Positions 58,447 through 64,000 of a DNA stretch of 64,000 nucleotides are shown one piece after another. The DNA is from Nanobdellota archaeon (lineage in GTDB: Archaea; Nanobdellota; Nanobdellia; Woesearchaeales; SM23-78). How positions within the stretch are numbered: position 1 is the stretch's first letter; every line of letters starts with the position of its first letter. A program made the position numbers and the translations under genes. Location of the stretch: contig JAHJQO010000014.1 of assembly GCA_018819305.1 (NCBI GenBank), positions 34,832-98,831 of the forward strand, read 5' to 3'. The notes under the pieces were generated by a model. It worked only from the letters and a program-made list of their open reading frames with translations, was not told where the DNA came from and searched no databases.

Positions 58447-59418
58447 ATGACCACAAAAAAACAAGTCTCAAAAATAATTATTATTATAACAGTAATATTT
58501 CTAGCAATAATAACAACAAGCTGCAATAAGGAAACTGAAACCTTAAAGGTGGCCTGGATGACGACATGGACTGATGGAGGGTTGACAGCACAAGCACTCA
58601 AAAACACTGACATTCTTGAAAAAAATAATGCAAATGCAGAGATGATTTCTTTTCTTTACGGTCCTCCAATGGTAGAAGCAGCACTGTCAAACCAAGTGGA
58701 TGTGCTTTTTGTAGGCTGGGTGCCTGCAGTAAATTTAATGTCAAAATCAGATGACTGGATTATTGTATCCAAACTGGCATATTTCCCTATGGAACTAATG
58801 GCTAGAGAAGGTTCTGGGATTCAAAGTGTAAATGATTTGAAAAATAAAAAAATAGGAGTGCCTTATGCAACAGGGCCTTATCCGCATGTTGTTAATTCTC
58901 TTAAAGAAAAAGGACTCATCGCAGGAAAAGACTATGAACTCGTGAACCTAAAGCCGTCTGACATGGGAACTGCACTGGAAAGAGCATATGTAGATGCTGT
59001 TTCATGGAGCGAACCCAGTCTTACTTTATTTGCACAAAAAAAACTTGCTTATCCAATCGAAGAATACACAGATATAAGCTTTATTGTAGTGTCAAAGTCT
59101 TATGCTGAGAATCATCCAGAGCAAATGAAAAACTTTCTCAAAGCAATTAAGGAAGCGCAGTTTTATGTGTCTCAACATAAGGAAGAAGTTTTTGGATGGT
59201 TTGCAGAGGAATCCAGATTTGACCTTTCGCTTGTAAAATCATTAAAAATAATAGAGCCAAACTATGATGCCAACAGTATTGAAGAAGTAGATCTGACAAT
59301 ATCTGATTTCTGGATTAAAGAAACACAAAAGAAAATAGATTTTGAATATCAAGAGGGAATCCTAAGCAAGAAATTGGTTCTTAGCAAAAAAATAGATCAA
59401 AGTTATATAAGCGATTAG
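58447..59418 (+). CDS. ABC substrate-binding lipoprotein (SsuA/TauA/NMT1 type)
   Basis: Lipobox TTSC; GPPMVEAAL; DLKNKKIGVP; DAVSWSEP. Confidence 0.85.
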   Translation: MTTKKQVSKIIIIITVIFLAIITTSCNKETETLKVAWMTTWTDGGLTAQALKNTDILEKNNANAEMISFLYGPPMVEAALSNQVDVLFVGWVPAVNLMSKSDDWIIVSKLAYFPMELMAREGSGIQSVNDLKNKKIGVPYATGPYPHVVNSLKEKGLIAGKDYELVNLKPSDMGTALERAYVDAVSWSEPSLTLFAQKKLAYPIEEYTDISFIVVSKSYAENHPEQMKNFLKAIKEAQFYVSQHKEEVFGWFAEESRFDLSLVKSLKIIEPNYDANSIEEVDLTISDFWIKETQKKIDFEYQEGILSKKLVLSKKIDQSYISD

Positions 59419-59421
59419 AAA

Positions 59422-60171
59422 ATGAACAAAAAACTTCATACTGTTAAAGAAGTAATAATATCAATAATCATATTCATATGCGCATGGTACCTTCTGTCAA
59501 TTATATTAAAAAGCTATTTTCTGCCAAGACCAGAAATTGTGCTAAAAACCCTAGTTGTTCTTTTAGTCAAAGGAGAAATAACCATTCATTTAATAGCAAG
59601 CCTGAAAAGGACCTTGCTGGGCTTTACACTGGCTTTACTCGCAGGTTCATTAACTGCTTATATGCTGGGTTTATCAAAGAGCATAGGTAAATACTTTCAT
59701 CCTATGATTGAATTTATCAGGCCAATACCTCCCTTGGCATGGATTCCTCTGGCAATTGTCTGGTTTGGCATAGGAAATGGCTCTGCAATATTTGTTATAT
59801 TCATAGCAACCTTTTTTCCAATATTCACTAGTACTTACTTTGGTGTTAAAACTATTCTAAACGAGCACAAAAGATTAAAACATCATTATCAACTAAACAA
59901 CATCCAATACTTCACACACATAGTCTTTCCACACAGTCTTCCTTATTTATTATCAGGTTCAAAAACAGGCTTGGGCATGTCATGGATGGCCGTAATAGCA
60001 GCAGAAATAATAGCTGCAAACACAGGTCTTGGATATTTCATAGAAATAAACCGAGTGCTGCTTAACATCGAAATAGTAATAGCAACAATGATTATTATTG
60101 GAATTATAGGTTATACAATGGCATTAATTCTAAAATATATAGAGACAAAGATCTTGTACTGGGTGGATTAA
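59422..60171 (+). CDS. ABC permease (SsuC/TauC type)
   Basis: RPIPPLAWIPLAIVWFG; WMAVIAAE. Confidence 0.9.
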   Translation: MNKKLHTVKEVIISIIIFICAWYLLSIILKSYFLPRPEIVLKTLVVLLVKGEITIHLIASLKRTLLGFTLALLAGSLTAYMLGLSKSIGKYFHPMIEFIRPIPPLAWIPLAIVWFGIGNGSAIFVIFIATFFPIFTSTYFGVKTILNEHKRLKHHYQLNNIQYFTHIVFPHSLPYLLSGSKTGLGMSWMAVIAAEIIAANTGLGYFIEINRVLLNIEIVIATMIIIGIIGYTMALILKYIETKILYWVD

Positions 60172-60174
60172 AAA

Positions 60175-60888
60175 ATGAACCAAACATATTTATTGGATTT
60201 AAAAAACATTTATTTTAGTTATCCTGATGAATCAGAAATAATAATTCTGAGAGATTTCTCATTAAAAATAAAAAAAGGAGAGATTATATCCATACTCGGT
60301 GCTAATGGCTGTGGAAAAACCACCTTACTTAATATAATATCAGGATTCCTAAAACCTGACAAAGGGAACATTATATGGTCTGAAAAAAACAAAAAAAGTC
60401 TTCTGACCTCATTAGTTTTCCAACAAGCAAATCTATTGGAATGGAAAACAGGGTACCAAAACATAGAATTATCATTAATAAGTCATATCTCTGACAAGAA
60501 AAAAAGAAAAAAAATAGTAAATAACATGTTGAATCTTTTAGAAATATACCCTCATAAAAACAAATTACCAAGGCAAATGTCAGGAGGAATAAAACAAAGA
60601 ACAACTGTAGCAAGAGCATTGGCACCAAAGCCACAAATACTTCTTTTAGATGAGCCATTCAGCGCAGTAGATATTGCTAGTAAAGAAAAACTAATGAAAG
60701 ATATAAAAAAAGTAATAAAAAAACAAGAGCAAAGTACAATTCTGGTTACACATAATCTTGATGAAGCATTATTATTTGCAGATAAAATATTGATTATGAA
60801 TTCTAAAAAAAGAAATATAAAAGAAATCGATAATATTAGGCAAATATCAAAAAAAGAAATAATTAGGATACTAAATATGAAGAAATAA
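60175..60888 (+). CDS. ABC ATPase (SsuB/TauB type)
   Basis: GANGCGKTT, MSGGIKQR, LLDEPFSAVD, VTHNLDEA. Confidence 0.9.
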   Translation: MNQTYLLDLKNIYFSYPDESEIIILRDFSLKIKKGEIISILGANGCGKTTLLNIISGFLKPDKGNIIWSEKNKKSLLTSLVFQQANLLEWKTGYQNIELSLISHISDKKKRKKIVNNMLNLLEIYPHKNKLPRQMSGGIKQRTTVARALAPKPQILLLDEPFSAVDIASKEKLMKDIKKVIKKQEQSTILVTHNLDEALLFADKILIMNSKKRNIKEIDNIRQISKKEIIRILNMKK

Positions 60889-61374
60889 TTATTCTTTTGG
60901 ATTCTCCTTCAATCCAAACAATCCACTCTTGTAATTCTTAATCTGTCTGAAGATTGTACCAAATAGACCTGGAATACTGTAGCCGACAAGAGGCGCCAGA
61001 TAATATGGAACAAAACTTGTTTCTAATAGGAAATAATGAAGTAATATCTGAAGCACACCTGTAATTAGCAATGCACCACTATTTGCTTTTAATAATTCAT
61101 AAATATATTGTTTAGGATAAGGCTGCCCTTTGAATAGATAAGAATAAGCTATTCTGTGAGCTATCATGTTTCCAGCCCAAAAAGCAGTGTGCATAGCCAG
61201 AAATGTAGCAATAGCATTGAATTCATTGCCAAAACCACTATTTTTAAAGTAAATTGTTGCAAGGGTTGCAACCACATAACCTGATAAAGCTCCCCCAAGC
61301 TCAGCTATAATATAATCAATATTATCTTTAGAAAAAATTTCGTGAATAATTCCTTTACTCTTTTTTTTAGTCAT
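60889..61374 (-). CDS. Four-TM membrane protein (GtrA-like)
   Basis: Start placed at ATG 61374 (MTKKKSKG) because the longer ORF runs through tRNA-Arg; four hydrophobic segments. Confidence 0.6.
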   Translation of the reverse strand: MTKKKSKGIIHEIFSKDNIDYIIAELGGALSGYVVATLATIYFKNSGFGNEFNAIATFLAMHTAFWAGNMIAHRIAYSYLFKGQPYPKQYIYELLKANSGALLITGVLQILLHYFLLETSFVPYYLAPLVGYSIPGLFGTIFRQIKNYKSGLFGLKENPKE

Positions 61375-61379
61375 AAAAG

Positions 61380-61454
61380 TGAGCCCGAGGGGATTCGAAC
61401 CCCTGACCTTCGGCTTAGAAGGCCGACGCCCTATCCAGGCTAGGCTACGGGCCC
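61380..61454 (-). tRNA. tRNA-Arg(TCT)
   Basis: GGGCCCG TAGCCTAGCCTGGATAGGGCG TCGGC CTTCTAA GCCGA AGGTC AGGGG TTCGAAT CCCCT CGGGCTC A. Confidence 0.95.
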
Positions 61455-61496
61455 AATAAAAGAATAGTATTCTATTTTGTTTATAAAAGTTTTCTC

Positions 61497-62915
61497 TCAA
61501 AGCCTTAATTTGTTAGCCATGAGCACAAGAATGAAGTATATTGGTGCTGCTAGTATCAGCAAGACAAAGGCCAATATCTTGAACAAAACAATCAATCCCA
61601 TTGTTTGAGCCACCCATGAGCCTATTGGTATGAGGATAATAAAGGGGATTACAATTGCAATGCTCAGGGCTGCAAAAAATATTTTTCTTTTTTCTTCAGG
61701 CAGGAGTTTTCTCAATAAAAGTCCTTGTCCCATGCCAAGTATGGCTGCTCCTAAAACGGACAATGCATTTGCCACGCTAACACTCAGAAAATGGGGATTA
61801 TAAGCAGATACCAATGGCATCATGGCAATCAGCAGAGTTCCAAAAACAAGAGTTGGCGCTAATCCAACTTTTTTATTCAGGAATTTTGAAAACATTGGCC
61901 CTAAAAAAGACACAACAATAGCAAATGTGAAAATCATTGCCACATTCATAAATCCTCCGAGAGCTGCAAACTGAAACTGCTTATATATAAATATTCCATA
62001 AAAAGAATTTCCAAGAATCTGAACAAGCCCTGTAATTGAACTGGCAAAAAGCAAAGTCAATAAATACTTGTTTTTTACAAACAGCTTGGTTTGCTCTCTT
62101 ATTCTGTTGTAAAAAGCAGACACAAACTCTTTAACTTTCTCAGTTTCAACTTTTTTCTCTTTAAAATAATGCAAAACATAACCTGAAAGAATAAATACAA
62201 TAGCTGTAATTTCAAAAGAAATCAAATAACCATATAGAGGAAGGCTTTTTCCAAACAACACCAGCTTTGTTGCATTAAACATTGGAAACTTGTCAAAAAG
62301 AAAACCTGCAATCAAAAGAGATGCTCCTGTAATCAAGACACCATAATGAGATATCCTGAGCAGGAACTTGCTCATTTTTTCTTTTTTCAGGGTCTGCTCT
62401 ACAAGCTTGTTATACAAATCGCCGTATGTCACCACGCCAATACTGCCTGCTAAAAGAGCAATTGCAAATAAAGGAAGAGACTTGATTACTACAGCCATAG
62501 CAATGAATAAAAAACTAATCCCAAAGAAAATTCCTGCTTTACTCAGGAATTTTTTGCTTATTTCCCTGACTTTAGAATATTCTTCTAAAAATGAAGAAAT
62601 AACAAGTGAAAGAATTGTTCTTAATCCATTAATAATACCTATTAAGAAAAAACCAGCTCCTGTTAAGTAAAACAATATGTTGATGAATTGCACACTTGCA
62701 AAACCATAGCCAATACGGTCAAGGATTTCTTTGACAGTCAGAAGACTAATGTTCTTTTTTTCATCCTGAGATCTTTCAGTACCTTTAATGTTCTGAATAG
62801 CATCCAGCACTTCTTCTTCCATATATCCTTCACTAACAAGATCTGAGCGAACTTCATCTATTGCTCTATCTTCTTCAAAAGCCTGCCTGACTCTTTCAAA
62901 TACCTCTTTTCCCAT
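61497..62915 (-). CDS. MFS-type transporter with N-terminal helical module
   Basis: About 12 TM segments; N-terminal EVRSDLVSEGYMEEEVLDAI. Confidence 0.75.
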   Translation of the reverse strand: MGKEVFERVRQAFEEDRAIDEVRSDLVSEGYMEEEVLDAIQNIKGTERSQDEKKNISLLTVKEILDRIGYGFASVQFINILFYLTGAGFFLIGIINGLRTILSLVISSFLEEYSKVREISKKFLSKAGIFFGISFLFIAMAVVIKSLPLFAIALLAGSIGVVTYGDLYNKLVEQTLKKEKMSKFLLRISHYGVLITGASLLIAGFLFDKFPMFNATKLVLFGKSLPLYGYLISFEITAIVFILSGYVLHYFKEKKVETEKVKEFVSAFYNRIREQTKLFVKNKYLLTLLFASSITGLVQILGNSFYGIFIYKQFQFAALGGFMNVAMIFTFAIVVSFLGPMFSKFLNKKVGLAPTLVFGTLLIAMMPLVSAYNPHFLSVSVANALSVLGAAILGMGQGLLLRKLLPEEKRKIFFAALSIAIVIPFIILIPIGSWVAQTMGLIVLFKILAFVLLILAAPIYFILVLMANKLRL

Positions 62916-63019
62916 TACAATAAACTTTTGATATTTGTGTTTATAAATTTATTGCTAAGAAGAAATAATTTGATTTATCCGAAAACTATTTATAGCTTAT
63001 TCTCGTAATTATTAGTTAA

Positions 63020-64000
63020 ATGGGCAAAATTACTTTTGCTTTTCGAAAGCTTTCAAAAAAGAGGGTTGGCCGTATTGACAGGAAGTGGGATTTTGATGCA
63101 CAGAGTGCTATAACCAGTCCACCGCTTGTTGTTGATATTGATGGTGACGGCAAGAAAGAGATAGTTTTTGGAACAAAAAAAGGAAAGCTCTTTGTTCTTG
63201 ATGCTAAATCAGGCATCAAATGGTTTTATGACACAAATGAAACAGTTGATGATGTCGAACTGATGTTTCTTGACAGCGATACCATGAGCAGCATAGGTGC
63301 TGTTCCAAACATTGCAGATATCAACAGAGACGGCAAGAATGAGATTGTTTTTGGCACAGAACTGGGAATAATTTATGTTCTTGATACTCGAGGCAAGCTG
63401 CTCTGGAAATACAAGACAGGAGGAGCTGTGAGAGGACAAATCCTGATTTATGATTTATATGGAGATGGTGATCCAAAAATCATTTTTGGATGTGCTGATG
63501 GCAAGCTTTATGTGCTAAATTCAAAAGGAAATCTGGTCTGGCAGTATGATGCAGGCAGTGAAATTAACAGCACCCCTGGAATCCTGCATAAAGACAAGCT
63601 AATAATTATTTTTGGTGCTGATAATGGAAGTATCTTTGGTGTTAATACTAAAGGTGACCTCGTCTGGAAATTTCAAGCTAAAGACAAGGTATTTGCACAG
63701 CCTGCAATTGGAAAATTATTCAATGATGACAGAATGTTCATAGTAATTGGCAGCAATGACCAGCATCTTTATGTTCTTGATGAAGCAGGCGAATTATTTT
63801 GGGATTACAAGACTGAAGGTGCTATTCTGGCAAAAGCCTGCCTGGCAGACATTAATGATGACAATAAATTAGAGATTATTTTTGGCAGCTGCGACAATAA
63901 TGTTTATGCCCTAACCCCATATGGTGACAAGATTTGGAGTTATGAAACTGATTTTTGGGTTGCAAGCGAACCAATTGTCGAAGATATAGATGGTGACAAT
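63020..64000 (+). CDS. FG-GAP/PQQ-type beta-propeller protein (3' truncated by window)
   Basis: Open frame from ATG 63020 with repeated DIDGDGKKEIVFG, DINRDGKNEIVFG, DINDDNKLEIIFG and G-x-L-x-W motifs. Confidence 0.85.
   Translation, partial: MGKITFAFRKLSKKRVGRIDRKWDFDAQSAITSPPLVVDIDGDGKKEIVFGTKKGKLFVLDAKSGIKWFYDTNETVDDVELMFLDSDTMSSIGAVPNIADINRDGKNEIVFGTELGIIYVLDTRGKLLWKYKTGGAVRGQILIYDLYGDGDPKIIFGCADGKLYVLNSKGNLVWQYDAGSEINSTPGILHKDKLIIIFGADNGSIFGVNTKGDLVWKFQAKDKVFAQPAIGKLFNDDRMFIVIGSNDQHLYVLDEAGELFWDYKTEGAILAKACLADINDDNKLEIIFGSCDNNVYALTPYGDKIWSYETDFWVASEPIVEDIDGDN

Noticed and set aside
61375-61500. N-terminal extension of ORF 60889-61500
   Set aside because: It is a translation through tRNA-Arg; the real start is most likely 61374

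Overview
AT-rich archaeal chromosome segment. ABCE1/RLI, TrmI, DUF99, TrmB regulators, archaeal signal peptidase, GGAGGTG-type Shine-Dalgarno sites and TATA boxes point to an archaeon; a DPANN/Woesearchaeota-like lineage is inferred from gene style only. Housekeeping content: a glycogen cluster (GT4, GH57, GT3 glycogen synthase, debranching enzyme, sugar nucleotidyltransferase, GalT-like), three ABC transporter sets, glutamine synthetase, a family-B DNA polymerase with a LAGLIDADG intein, and two tRNAs. The main candidate new system is a seven-gene minus-strand operon (29780-38258): Mpa/ARC-type AAA+ unfoldase, putative ubiquitin-like protein with a C-terminal extension, putative E2, JAB/MPN+ protease, tandem-ThiF E1 (inactive plus active adenylation domain, as in eukaryotic UBA1) and two unknown genes. 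It would be a ubiquitin-like conjugation pathway coupled to an actinobacterial-type proteasomal ATPase. Also notable: a free-standing LAGLIDADG gene between a 31-codon remnant of the ABCE1 5' end and a full ABCE1 lacking one set of Fe-S ligands; a tRNA-Cys with a BHB intron at non-canonical position 8/9 directly behind a second LAGLIDADG gene; and an MNT-HEPN cassette flanked by imperfect direct repeats. All family assignments are by eye from motifs; no database searches were run.
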